The notes beneath the pieces were generated by a model. It worked only from the letters and a program-made list of their open reading frames with translations. It searched no databases and was not told the DNA's origin. DNA of 63,428 nucleotides, the filler included, from Octopus bimaculoides (lineage: Eukaryota), in assembly GCF_001194135.2 (NCBI RefSeq). It is 4 parts of 4 records of this genome, joined end to end, with 100 filler letters (N's around TTAATTAATTAA, not from the genome) between each part and the next. Parts side by side here need not be neighbours in the genome. Positions count along the whole stretch, not along the records: positions 51,004 to 61,180 come from NC_068981.1; positions 61,281 to 63,428 come from NC_068983.1; 2 more parts are not named here. The stretch is one strand, 5' to 3'. Each line of letters begins with the position of its first letter. The first letter of the stretch is position 1. Below, piece after piece: positions 51,321-63,428 of the stretch. The translations under genes and the position numbers were made by a program.

Positions 51321-53589
51321 TTTGCCTTGATCCCAAAGTTTGAAATTGAAAATGCTTAGTAGAGGTCATTTTGGACATTAATACCTCTCATTTTGTTTAT
51401 GCCTTCTTTACATTGGTTTCAAGTTTTGGCACAAGGTCAGCAGTTTTGGGGAAGGGAGTAAGTTGACTATACTGGACCCAGTGTTCAACTGGTACTAATT
51501 TTCTTAGCCCCAAAAGGATGAAAGGCAAAGTCGACCCCATTGGCATTCAAACTCAGAACACACAAATGGACAGAATGCCACTAAGCATTTTGCCTGGTGC
51601 GCTAACGAGTTTGCCAGCTTGCCACCTTATTGTCTTCTATAAAAATAAAATAAACGCGCCCTTTTTAAAGCCTAGCCAGGCTCATGGGCCCGGTTTCCCG
51701 GTTTCAATGGCATATGTGCTCCCCAGCTGGACGGGACGCCAGTCCATCGCAGCGTTACTCATTTTTGCCAGCTGAGAGGACTGGAGCAACGTGAAATGAA
51801 GTGTTTTGCTCAAGAACACAACACATCACCTGGTCCAGAAATCGAAACCACAATCTTACAATCATGATGCTGATACCTCTAACCACTCAGCCACATGCCT
51901 GCACATTGTCTTCTATACATTATTACATTAAAAAAACTTAGTTTTTGCAAACTGAGGATTAACTGTAGTTGAAGGAAGGCCTGCAAGGAAATTAACAGAT
52001 GTTATTGCCAAGTATATGGCACAAGTGAATCTAAGCCCTACATTTTTAACTAATGTGACAGTTTTATAAAAATAATTCTTTCTGTTATGGGCGCAAGGTC
52101 TGAAATTTGTGGGAAGGGAGCTAGCCAATTTCATCCATCCCAGTGCTCAACTGGTACGTCTTTCATTGACTCCAAAAGGATGAAAGGCAAAGTTGACCTT
52201 TGTGGTATTTGAGCTCAGAGGTGAAGAACTAGAAGAAATATTGCTAAGCATTTTGTCCAGTACGCTAATGATTCTGCCAGTTTGCCATCTTAATGATAAT
52301 AATAATGGTTTCAAATTTTGGCCCAAGGCCAGCAAGTTCAGGAGAGGGTGTAAGTTGATTACATCAATCCCAGTACTCAACTGGTACTTATTTTATCAAT
52401 ACTGAAAGAATGAAAGACAAAGTCGACCTCAGCGGAATTTGAATTCAAAATGTAAAGACAGACAAAGTGCCACTAAGCATTTTGCCCAGCTCACTGCCTT
52501 TTATACCTGCTAACTAATAATGATTTATTTTATATGCCAGTTGAGTGTCTAATGAAGGGGACATTAGTAACCAAGTTACAATTGATGTTGAGCTTTTTAC
52601 ATAAAAATGGTGAGGAAAAAATAGGTGGAGGAATTGGTGGGGGGGGGGGAATATGAAATAAAATATATAGTATACAAAATATGTGAATATATGGATGATA
52701 CAGTCTTCTTGACTGTTGGAGAATCTGTAATATTTAAGAATAGCAGGAATAAACTGGTGGAAATAAAATGAACGAACAATGAAATAAATATAATTGGAAT
52801 CACTAGTGTAGCTAGAGTGTGTGTCGCCTGGGGCAGCCCTTCTGTTTGCTGCCCTCAGACCCCACAAAAACCACATATTGTCTACAGTAGACCCAAAAGT
52901 ACCACCCCTTTAAAAGTGCCACTCAGGGCAAACCACCCCTACCAGCCCTCTAGCTATGCTAGTAATTGGGATATATTCTTAGATGTATGTGTATGTGTGT
53001 GTGTGTGTGCACATGTGCATGCATGTATTTGTGCGTAGATGTATTCTTTGGTTCTTTTACTTGTTTCACTCATTACACTATGGCATTGAAGAGTTTAGTC
53101 AGACAAATTGACCCTGGTACTTATTTATTTCAAGTCTGGTTACCTATTCTATTAGACTTTTTGCTGAGCCATTGAATTGCAGAGATGTTATCAAACCAAC
53201 ACCAGTTCTCAAGAAGTAAGAGTCAAACACAAATATGTGCATGCGCACACACACACACACACACACACACATACATGCATGCAGACCTGAATTATGTTTG
53301 ATTAGTGGCCATTTACTACACATACTGTTATATTTACCTTATAATTTCATTCCAGTGTTACATAATATAAAATATCAAAGCCTTTCACAGTACATTTCTC
53401 ACCTAATCTTTTTTTCATTTGAACCACTATATCTTATAGAAATGCACTACATAAGTTTCCATCAACTGTCAATAGTTTTGTACTGACTGAAACAGACAAA
53501 CTGAGAAAAATTAGCAACATCACTAACCTTCCATTTTCTGAAACAGAAACCATATGTAAATTTCTTTTACCATTGCTATTCACTTCCAG

Positions 53590-53801
53590 GTGAAACAGGG
53601 TCAGGAATAAGTCGAGAGCAATTCATTGGCAAAATAGCAACTGAGATTCTGAACAAGATGCCTGCTGAGTTTGATAATGACAAGATTAAGAAAAAGTTTG
53701 GTTTGAATATAACCCCAACAACTGTAGTATTGTTGCAGGAACTTGAAAGATTCAATGTACTTATTAGACGCATAAAGAAATCTTTAACAATGTTGATCCG
53801 A
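53590..53801 (+). CDS. DNAH10: Axonemal dynein heavy chain 10, C-terminal region exon (GETGSGISREQFIG...PTTVVLLQELERFNVLIRRIKKSLTMLIR)
   Basis: 212 nt, phase 1 to 0, ttccAG acceptor and GTAAGT donor, dynein VLLQELERFN motif. Confidence 0.92.
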
Positions 53802-55417
53802 GTAAGTAAAAGTTTAGCCCTTTAACTATGAAATTGAATTCCACAATTATTAGATATCTACCAAAAAATAGAATTGGTGTTTCTGAAAGTCACATTGCCT
53901 TAATAAACTTGACATATTTCAACAAAAATATAGCTTCAAACATAATGTTTTTCAATAAAAGATAGATTGGTATATAAAACTGCTTTCTGCAGTTAAGGGT
54001 AATGAAATTTTGTTTGGATATATCATATATTTCTGTAGTAAAAAGATTAAATGTTTGTTATTCTGTTGCTTTCAATCTTAGTAGTTTTATTACTTACATC
54101 TCTTGTACATCTTAGAAAATAGTCCTTCTGTATCTTGTTGTTCTCTAAAGGGCAGCTAGTTAAACACATGCCAAAGTATTTAAACAAGTTTATATACAAA
54201 GAATTTTCTCCCTGCTCATGTTTTTCCTGCAGATGTTGACTGCAACATTTTAAACTGAACATGAATGACATCAGGCTCACTGGTCTCAGAGGTCCTCCAG
54301 ATTCAGCAAGTAAAAGCCAAAAAGAAACCTCCTCCTGTCTATGTTTTACCCTTTTCCAAAGCAGTAGGTTGTGACTTGAAAGGAAAATTGGATGTTCTTT
54401 CTTAACTCAGAGGAAATCTGTGGCCTGAAAGCCATCTGTGGCATGCTGAACTTTCTGAATGGCATGCCTTATGAAAAATTGAATTTTTTTAGTAGTGTGG
54501 CCTGTTGAACCATGTCTCATGAACCTGCTTCTCAAAAAGAGTTACCCATGTCTGCTCTAGCCTAAAAATTCCCTTATTGGCTCAATTGCCGGTGTGCTGC
54601 AGTGTACTGAAGTTTACTGCAATTTCTGTAAGACTCAAGCATTTGGTATAAGACATCAATCTGTTCTAAGACAATAAATATAAAAAGACTAGAACTCAGA
54701 AGTGCAAACTAACAACTAATTGTTTACCAATTGAAACCACGCAAGAGCACCGTCTTAGTATAATTAGAAGTGCGGTTATAATATAGGGTGTAACCTGTTT
54801 AAGGATTAGTGAATTGGTGTATTGGGAGTGAAATGTTCTTTTTCTGGAATCACCTTATGCTGACCTTCCAATGACATTACTGTAATTATTTCCCTTTTAT
54901 TTATATAAAATATTCTCAGATGTGTTTAACTACTTGATTGTATCATCTACTTGATACGGTCAAATGATATATTTGACCTATATAGCTACTATCACCACTG
55001 GTCATTAAGTTTCAACAAAATCATTATCACTTAAATATCTACCATCATCACAACCATTTTCATTACCATTCAGTGTCACAATTATATGTAAAGTAGCATC
55101 ACCACCTAGAATGGCACATTAGATGCGAAATATCAAATAATAATAATAATGATGCTTTCAAATTTTGGCAGAAAGCCAGTAATTTTAGGAGAAGGGGTAA
55201 GTATAATCAAACCCAGTGCTTGACTAATACTGATTTAATTGATCCCCAAAAAGATGAAAGGCAAAGTCAACCTCTGCTGCATTTAAACCCAGACTGTAAA
55301 GCCAGAAGAAATGCTGCTAAGCATTTTGTCTGGCACAGTAACAATTCTTCCAGCCTGCATTATTATTTTTATTATTGTTATTGTTAGTATTGTTGTTATT
55401 ATTATTATTATTATTAA

Positions 55418-55719
55418 AGACTCTCGGATAGTTCTTAATTACTGGTTGTTCTTTACTTGAAAGCAGGCAATAACAGATCACCAAAGGTTTCAAATAGTGT
55501 TTTCTCCTGTGACTCAAAGAAACAATACTCTCCTTAGAAAGTGAGCTGTACCCAACAATGCTGTCTTCTGGGTCACTTTGAGCCTGACAGCAGCTCCGAT
55601 ATTCTTAATATGTTTTTCAAAGCTCTTGGAAACTGCTCTTAATGCTCCAATTACCACCAGTATCACCATTATTCTTCTCATGCCCCATAACTTTCCTATC
55701 TCGTCCCGCAGTGGCTGGT
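55418..55719 (-). mobile_element. 5'-truncated R4/Dong-like retrotransposon 3' end between (TAA)n tracts
   Basis: Open frame YQPLRDEIGKLWGMRRIMVILVVIGALRAVSKSFEKHIKNIGAAVRLKVTQKTALLGTAHFLRRVLFL* (55719-55513), short 3' UTR, then (TAA)n. Confidence 0.82.
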
Positions 55720-55730
55720 ATTACTCACTC

Positions 55731-55771
<41 letters not shown>

Positions 55772-56589
55772 GAGTGAGAGAGCAGTGTATGTCATCAAAG
55801 TGACACTGGGGTAAAATATACGAAGCCCATTACACCCATCATGACTACCCGTCTGATAAGGGTACACCAGGCACATGCATCACAACCATATGTGCGTGAC
55901 ATGGTGATCTCATATCAAGGTGGGGCCCAGTTAGAATTTTCTTCAGATCGAGTAGCCCATCCTGCTCAAAAGATCCCTGAATAAGGTTTGTTTAAGGATG
56001 TTTAGCAAAACACCCATGTTTCCAAAGGTGAATTATTCAAATACCAAAGAATTCCTCTCAACACATGGCTATGATGCTCCCCCACTACTTCTGCTCATGA
56101 TCAGAGATGCACANNNNNNNNNNNNNNNNNNNNNNNNNNNNNNNNNNNNNNNNNNNNNNNNNNNNNNNNNNNNNNNNNNNNNNNNNNNNNNNNNNNNNNN
56201 NNNNNNNNNNNNNNNNNNNNNNNNNNNNNNNNNNNNNNNNNNNNNNNNNNNNNNNNNNNNNNNNNNNNNNNNNNNNNNNNNNNNNNNNNNNNNNNNNNNN
56301 NNNNNNNNNNNNNNNNNNNNNNNNNNNNNNNNNNNNNNNNNNNNNNNNNNNNNNNNNNNNNNNNNNNNNNNNNNNNNNNNNNNNNNNNNNNNNNNNNNNN
56401 NNNNNNNNNNNNNNNNNNNNNNNNNNNNNNNNNNNNNNNNNNNNNNNNNNNNNNNNNNNNNNNNNNNNNNNNNNNNNNNNNNNNNNNNNNNNNNNNNNNN
56501 NNNNNNNNNNNNNNNNNNNNNNNNNNNNNNNNNNNNNNNNNNNNNNNNNNNNNNNNNNNNNNNNNNNNNNNNNNNNNNNNNNNNNNNNN

Positions 56590-56639
<50 letters not shown>

Positions 56640-56642
<3 letters not shown>

Positions 56643-57175
56643 GAAGACGGTGAGCTGAGAGAATCGTTAGCACTCTGGGCAAAATGCTTAGTGGCATTTC
56701 TCCCATCTTTAGATTCTGAGTTCAAATTCTGCTGCAGTCAAATTTACCTTCCATCCTTTTGGGGGGGGGGTCAATGAAATAAGTACCAGTTGAACACTGG
56801 TGTTGATGTGATCGACTAGACCCCCTCCCCTAAAATTTCAGGCATTGTGCCTTTAGTAGAAAGGATTATTATTGAAGCAGCATAAATATTTCTCCTCCCA
56901 CCAAATTTCAGGCCTTGTGCCTTGGGTAGAAAGGATTATTATTATTAAAAAAGGCAGCAAGCTGGCAGAATTATTAGCACTCTGGACAAAATGCTTAGAG
57001 GCATTTCATCTGTCTGCATGTTTTAGGTTCAAATTCCGCCAAGGTCGACTTTGCCTTTCATCCTTTCGGGGGTCAATAAATTAAGTACCAGTTGAACACT
57101 GGAGTCAATGTAATCGATTAGCACCCTCCCCCAAAATTCCTGGCCTTGTGTCAAAATTTGAAACCATTATTATTA
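56640..57175 (+). mobile_element. Two head-to-tail SINE copies (same family as 4330-4735)
   Basis: GAGCTG(G/A)(C/G)AGAAT.GTTAGCAC...CCTTTCATCCTTTCGGGG...AAGTACCAGTTGAACACTGG occurs twice. Confidence 0.8.
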
Positions 57176-58076
57176 TTATTATTATTATTATTAACAACAA
57201 CAACAACATAACACTACTACTACTAATAATAATAATACTACAAAGAAATCGTACTGTTCTAATCTACATACTAACATAAAACATAGAAGAACTCAGACTA
57301 TTCTAAGCTACATAATATCATTTTTATACTCAGGTTTTCACCAGTCATTGCAATTCCCACTCCCTACTTGTGCCTTCTTGGTAATACCTGACCACATATA
57401 CTATAACCTCTGTACCTCTCTCTTCCTTACTCTACCATCACATCTATGCTCTAATCCTTGTTACTTGTGAGTACACCCTTTACCATCTCTCTCCTGCTCT
57501 CTCTTGAACTTTTGCTGTTTCCCACACTCTCTCTTTTCCTTGCTCTTCTCTCTGACTGGATAGCCATGTATCTCCTCTATAGTAGCACACTTGTTTCTGC
57601 TCCCTTTCTTGATCACTCTCTCTCTCTCTCTCTCCTTCTCTTTCTTTTCCCTCTAGCTAGGTAACCAAGTATCTCCTCTACATCAGCACACCTGTTTCTG
57701 TCCTCTTTCTTGTACCTCTCTCTCTTCCTCGCTGGGTAACCATGTACCTCCTCCCTAGCAAGATACCTGTTTCTACCACTTTATTTCTCTGTCATGCTCT
57801 AACCTTTCATCATGTGACACTGGATCATCTCCTCCAGTGCCCCCTCTATTATAGCAAGACACCTGTTTCTGTCTCTCTGTCACACTCTAACCTTTAATCA
57901 TCTGACACAAGTTCCCTCCTCAAATGTCCCTGCTTCTCTCAAAATTCTTCATCTTGCAAGTTATTGATGTTAAATGATGATGATGATGTTGAATAAAAAA
58001 TGCACACTATTTAAAATAGCTACTTGCATTTTGTTTCTGCAATGATCTTTTTCTGTCTTTTTTTTTTTTAATAAAG

Positions 58077-58244
58077 GCATTGAATGGGGAAGTTGGAATG
58101 AGCAGTGAACTGGATGATGTTGCTAGATGTCTGTTTAATGGAGCTATTCCAAGTATTTGGCGGAGACTGACCCCACCTACCTTGAAAACACTTGGGAATT
58201 GGATGGCTCACTTTGAAAAACGATACAGACAATACAATGGCTGG
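58077..58244 (+). CDS. DNAH10: DNAH10 exon (ALNGEVGMSSELDDVARCLFNGAIPSIWRRLTPPTLKTLGNWMAHFEKRYRQYNGW)
   Basis: 168 nt, phase 0 to 0, poly-T...AAG acceptor and GTGAGC donor. Confidence 0.95.
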
Positions 58245-58603
58245 GTGAGCTGCTTTCTATCTTAACCATTTTGATAGCTGTCTGCCTGAAACTGCCCCTG
58301 GTTCCATGATACAAACTGCTTGTCTTTAAGTGGACTAATTTTGTGTTAATTTATATTCCAGAAACCCAAAATAATAATGACAAAGTTACTTTGATAAAAT
58401 CTTCATTGTTTACAGAATCAATTGAAACAAATACAGTATATCTCAACAGAAATATAACAAAACAATTAAAGCACTGATTAAAAAATATTTTTAACTGTTT
58501 TCCTTCTTCAACTGTTTCAATTATTGCAGCTCTCTAGTGTTGCTTCTCTCCATGAATCCTGTAGATCAAATAATTATCTTTCATCTATATTCTTATTATC
58601 CAG

Positions 58604-58784
58604 GTAAATGATGGTGAACCGCATGCAATGTGGCTGTCTGGCTTGCATATTCCAGAATCCTATCTAACAGCTTTGGTGCAAGCAACTTGCCGTAAGAATG
58701 GATGGCCACTGGACAAATCAACATTGTTTACATCAGTAACTCAGTATCCAACTATAGATGATCTTACAGACAGATCACACACAG
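58604..58784 (+). CDS. DNAH10: DNAH10 exon (VNDGEPHAMWLSGLHIPESYLTALVQATCRKNGWPLDKSTLFTSVTQYPTIDDLTDRSHT-G)
   Basis: 181 nt, phase 0 to 1. WLSGLHIPESYLTALVQATCRKNGWPLD matches DNAH10 as I recall it. Confidence 0.95.
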
Positions 58785-59959
58785 GTAACCTCAGTACCAG
58801 CATTTTTGTAGCTTCAGATAACAAAAGTTTGCTTGTATCCAGGGCCAGATCTTATGTATGGGCCAATATAAGCCATGGCTCAGGAGCCCTCTTGAACTCA
58901 GAGAAGCATAAAGCTTGTAGTTAAAAATTAAAAAATATATTTCCAGCAATCAGATATATAATTTATAATTTTTTTTAAGAAGTCCAATAGAATTCTTGGC
59001 AGAATTCTGGTTTAAGCAACCCATACACCCCCTTATAACTTTTTATTTTTTGGAATTTTCAGGAAATTTTTGTGAATTTGTATATCTACAAATGGGATTT
59101 CATATGATTTTGAAAAAAAATTATTAAAAACATTTTTCAAAACCCTCATCCCCCATAAATCCTAAAAGTTTTGCTATTTTACAAATTTTTAAAAAATCAG
59201 AGTTTAAATTGTGGACAGTTTGAATTTTTTGCTCAAATCCCAGCAATGGACTACCTTTGAATGCATCACTTCCATTAAATGTATTTCTGGGAAGAATAAT
59301 ATTGAAAAGCATCAGTAAATGTCAGTGTGACAAAGAAACAGAGAAGGTGTCAGGTGGTCCTGAGATGTGCTAAGAGCAACAACCAAATCGCGATTAAATC
59401 ACACATATAAAATAAATTTTTCTTTGCATAATTGTATGAATTTCTGTGTGTAAAACACAAATTCATAATAGTTTTCTGAAAATTCCAAAAATTAAAAAAT
59501 CTCTGTCAAATCGAAATCAAAAATGGAAATTGTAGTTGTGGCTGATATTCCAAGGGGCTTTCCGTTTTCCTATGTGTTCGTTCCGTTGTCTGTGGTTTAT
59601 TGTTCTGGCGTCCTGTACCCTGATATGCATGTATATACACATGTAGATGTAAGTATGTACATATATGTGTGTATACATGTATATATATTCTTTGTATTAT
59701 TACATTATTGAACGCACACGTCCTGATTGGCTCCCGTGCTGGTGGAACACAATAAGCAACATTTATGTGTGGGTTGTTGCCAGTGCTGCCTGACTGGCTC
59801 CCTATGCCTGTGGCATGTAAAAAGCACCATCTGAATGTGGTCAATGCCAGCCCGCATCCTCCCCACCTGACTGGTTCCTGTGCCGGTGACACATAAAAAG
59901 CACCATCCAAACGTAACTGATGTCAGTGCTGCCTGACTAGGACCCATGCCGGTGACATG

Positions 59960-60273
59960 TAAAAACCACCCGCTACACTCTCGGAGTGGTTGGCGTTAGG
60001 AAGGGCATCCAGCTGTAGAAACATTGCCAGATTAGATTGGAACCTGGCTTGCCAGTCCCCAGTCAAACCATCCAATCCATGCCAGCATGGAAAATAGACG
60101 TTAAATGATGATGATGATGATGATGATGATATCATTATCATCGTCATCGTTTAACGTCCACCTTCCATGCTAGCATGGGTTGGATGATTTGACTGAGGAC
60201 TGGTGAACCAGATGGCTGCACCAGGCTCCAATCTGATCTGGCAGAGTTTCTACAGCTGGATGCCCTTCCTAAC
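59960..60273. repeat. Tail-to-tail inverted pair of (GAT)n-tailed retroposon ends
   Basis: A forward copy ending ...GACGTTAAAT(GAT)n is followed directly by (CAT)nCGTTTAACGTCC... in reverse. Confidence 0.85.
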
Positions 60274-60511
60274 NNNNNNNNNNNNNNNNNNNNNNNNNNN
60301 NNNNNNNNNNNNNNNNNNNNNNNNNNNNNNNNNNNNNNNNNNNNNNNNNNNNNNNNNNNNNNNNNNNNNNNNNNNNNNNNNNNNNNNNNNNNNNNNNNNN
60401 NNNNNNNNNNNNNNNNNNNNNNNNNNNNNNNNNNNNNNNNNNNNNNNNNNNNNNNNNNNNNNNNNNNNNNNNNNNNNNNNNNNNNNNNNNNNNNNNNNNN
60501 NNNNNNNNNNN

Positions 60512-60547
<36 letters not shown>

Positions 60548-61180
60548 GACAAGCTTCTTTCAGCTTCCATCTACCAAATCCACTCACAAGGCTTTGGTAG
60601 GCCCAAGGCTTTAGTAGAAGACACTTGCGCAAGGTGCCACACTGTGGGACTGAACCTGGAACCATGTGGTTGGGAAGCAAGCTTCTTACCACACAGCCAT
60701 GCCTGCATAGTGATGATACATGCAGGACATAGTGCTGGAAGTTCCATACAGAATGGATGAAACTTAATGTTTGATGGAGGGTTGTAAGGTATAAAGAAGA
60801 CAAAACGTGGGACAAGAGTAAAACGTGGATTCAAGAGGGGTACTGCCATTGAAAGGAATAATTCATTACAAGAGAGAGAAAGGAGAAGGAGTGGGAGAGA
60901 GAAATCAGAATGGTATGATGGGCTGCAGAAGTTTTCAATAAGAGAGTACTTATTGATCAATCCAATGAATGTATTTCTCTAAATACAGTTTAGAATATGA
61001 GTGATATGTTGTTTTAGAATGAAAGGATTCTTCTGTGCCATTAACTAGAACTGGTAACATCTGGTGTTTATCTATGCTTTTTTATTGTACTGAAAAAAAA
61101 AAAAAAACTTATCAAAACTATAATTGCCAGACTTCATAATGGAATATGTATACACGTACATAGTTCATTACTTTATATAT

Positions 61181-61280
61181 NNNNNNNNNNNNNNNNNNNN
61201 NNNNNNNNNNNNNNNNNNNNNNNNTTAATTAATTAANNNNNNNNNNNNNNNNNNNNNNNNNNNNNNNNNNNNNNNNNNNN
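61181..61280. other. Artificial 100-bp scaffold-joining spacer
   Basis: 44N-TTAATTAATTAA-44N. Confidence 0.95.
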
Positions 61281-61330
61281 ACCGCCGAGTATTTTGCTCG
61301 GCATGCTACCGATTCTGCCACCTCGCCGCC

Positions 61331-61379
<49 letters not shown>

Positions 61380-61527
61380 GATATTAATGATAATTTCTTT
61401 TATTAATGAATATTTTTAAAATAAAAAAATGGCACCGATAATAAAATGATGATGATGATGATGACGACGACGACGATGATGATGATGATTGTGATGTTTG
61501 TTGTTGGTGCTGATGATATTCACTTAC

Positions 61528-61667
61528 TGGGTCAGGGCCGAAATAGATCGGTGATAAAACAGTGGGATAAGTAACATTGGCGTTTGAAGTTGTATGGTCA
61601 CAAGCACTGATGTCCAAACACAGTTCTTGGTTTGTCATTACAAGAATTGCGTTTGGACAATCATCGC
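61528..61667 (-). CDS. Putative internal exon of an unidentified gene (xDDCPNAILVMTNQELCLDISACDHTTSNANVTYPTVLSPIYFGPDP)
   Basis: ttttCAG acceptor, 140 nt open, GTAAGT donor, non-repetitive sequence, phase 1 to 0. Confidence 0.5.
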
Positions 61668-62360
61668 CTGAAAACTGATTTTTATGCCAACTGTTCTAGT
61701 CTTCTTTTCCTGTTTGTGGAGATCTGGGGGCAGTTTAAGGCGGTTTAAACACTTTGTGGAGAGAGAGAGAGAGAGGAAGAGAGATGTATCCTGTTGCATT
61801 GTATTACAAGTTTCTGTTTTTGTAAGAAAGTGGGTTTCCAGTCACTAGGTCTCCATCTTGAAGTGCTTAGTCAAATAAATCGATTCCAGCACTTATTTTT
61901 TTAGCTCAAGTATTCATGTTATCGGTCTTTTGTCGAACTTACGTTACGGGGACGTAAACAAACTAACACCGTTTATCAAACTGTATGGTGGGGACAAGCA
62001 CAAACACAAAAGCAAATACACACACACACAAACAAGCACATATTTTTGAAGGATTCCAAAGTTACCGTTTACCAAATTCACTCTCAAAATTTTGGTCGGC
62101 TCAAGGCTATTACTCAAAGTAATCCGCTGCATTCCTTTATAATACAGTAAAATATGATTTGTGGGAATTTGGCTGTTCGTTAGAGCAGATCGAAAAAAAA
62201 AAAAAAACACGTAGAATCTTTCTTTCATTGTCTCAACAAAAGACTCCGTCAGTGACTTGAAACCGAAAGTGAACTTCATGTACTCCAGAAAATTGTTTTT
62301 GTGGCATATAATATACTTTAAAGCACTGACTTACTATTTTGCAATGAAAAGAATGCTTAC

Positions 62361-62479
62361 GCTCTGGGAATTGAAATCAGCACCGCAAGCAACGAAATAC
62401 TTGTAAAAATATTCAGTATTTCCGCTCCCTACAGCAGTGAACTGTATACTGTCTACTTGATGCTTTATAAATTGCTCAT
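62361..62479 (-). CDS. Putative internal exon of an unidentified gene ((D)EQFIKHQVDSIQFTAVGSGNTEYFYKYFVACGADFNSQS)
   Basis: ctctttCAG acceptor, 119 nt open, GTAAGC donor, phase 1 to 0. Confidence 0.5.
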
Positions 62480-63385
62480 CTGAAAGAGTTAACGGCCTTG
62501 TTCATGGGGATAATGCAACATTACTAACGATGCGCGCAGCATCCAACCTTCATATTTTAGACCGCCTTATTTGGTCTGTCTCTCTCCCATTCTCTCTCCC
62601 TCTTTTTCTTTATTGGCTTCTCACGATACTTACAAATACCTGTCCTTGTCCTCTCACGTTGAACAGTGCTGCACTGATGCATTGTCGAAAACTGAACCTT
62701 CGGCTTGTATGCATGTATGTATGTGTGTATGTATGTATGTATGTATGTATGTACAAATAAAATAGTAGTATATGCATATATATGTACATGTATGTACATA
62801 CCTTCATCTACATGTATATATAGATGCATATCTGGGTACATGACGTTGCAAAAAAACATGGACAAAATGATAAACAAGGTACAAAAAACACACACACAGG
62901 CCACATAGAGAACCTATCCTGCATCAGCTGCCACCAATATAACACTGGCGTTTCGAAGAGTTAGGGCAGGACGCATCGTTAAAATGGCTCTTCCCACGGA
63001 CACAAATTAAGTTTGTTCCATGGAGGATAGTGGCGGACGGAAAACAAGACAGGAAAACGAAACGGTTGTATGTATGTATACACAAATATTGAATAGGTAT
63101 GCAAATATGATTATAAGTATGCGTATATGTATGTATGCCTTTGTTTTGCAACAAAAATGTAAAAGACCCAATGCAACGTTATGTTGGAAACGTCTAGAGT
63201 CTTGTGTGTGTTATCTTATGTGAGATAAGCTAGGACTGCATAATTCGATTGAATCCGCAATTTTGGATTTTGGTAGTCCCAGTTTATTTCACATGTATCA
63301 CTCATATGTGTGTGTGTGTGTGTGTGTGTGTGCGTATGTGCGCGTGTATGCACGTATATAATATACACATACATATATATATATA

Positions 63386-63428
<43 letters not shown>

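Noticed and set aside
50029-53590. Apparent CLCN7-DNAH10 fusion gene on the + strand
   Set aside because: An artificial spacer lies between them, and the phases do not match (CLCN7 exon ends in phase 0, DNAH10 exon starts in phase 1).

Overview
This is AT-rich, gap-ridden eukaryotic DNA dense in microsatellites. The repeat families and gene content suggest a coleoid cephalopod such as Octopus (inference; no search was run). The window is not one contiguous locus. Three identical 100-bp artificial spacers (44 N + TTAATTAATTAA + 44 N, at 25064, 50904 and 61181) join four segments. Segment 1 (1-25063) has no gene I can support, only Tc1 remnants, SINEs and microsatellites. Segment 2 (25164-50903) holds nine in-phase + strand exons (1008 nt, 336 codons) of a CLC-7-like Cl-/H+ exchanger, including a clear U12-type (minor spliceosome) intron. 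Its introns contain a tandem array of 13 palindromic Tc1/mariner-type MITEs separated by (TA)n, a Penelope-like element with endonuclease before RT (Naiad-type order), a fold-back element built around a palindromic telomeric repeat, and several long inverted repeats. Segment 3 (51004-61180) has three exons (187 codons) of the C-terminal region of axonemal dynein heavy chain DNAH10 and an R4/Dong-like retrotransposon end lying between (TAA)n tracts. Segment 4 (61281-63428) has two plausible minus-strand exons of an unidentified gene. Almost all ORFs in the supplied track are microsatellite or N-gap artefacts. Family assignments come from remembered motifs and need database confirmation.
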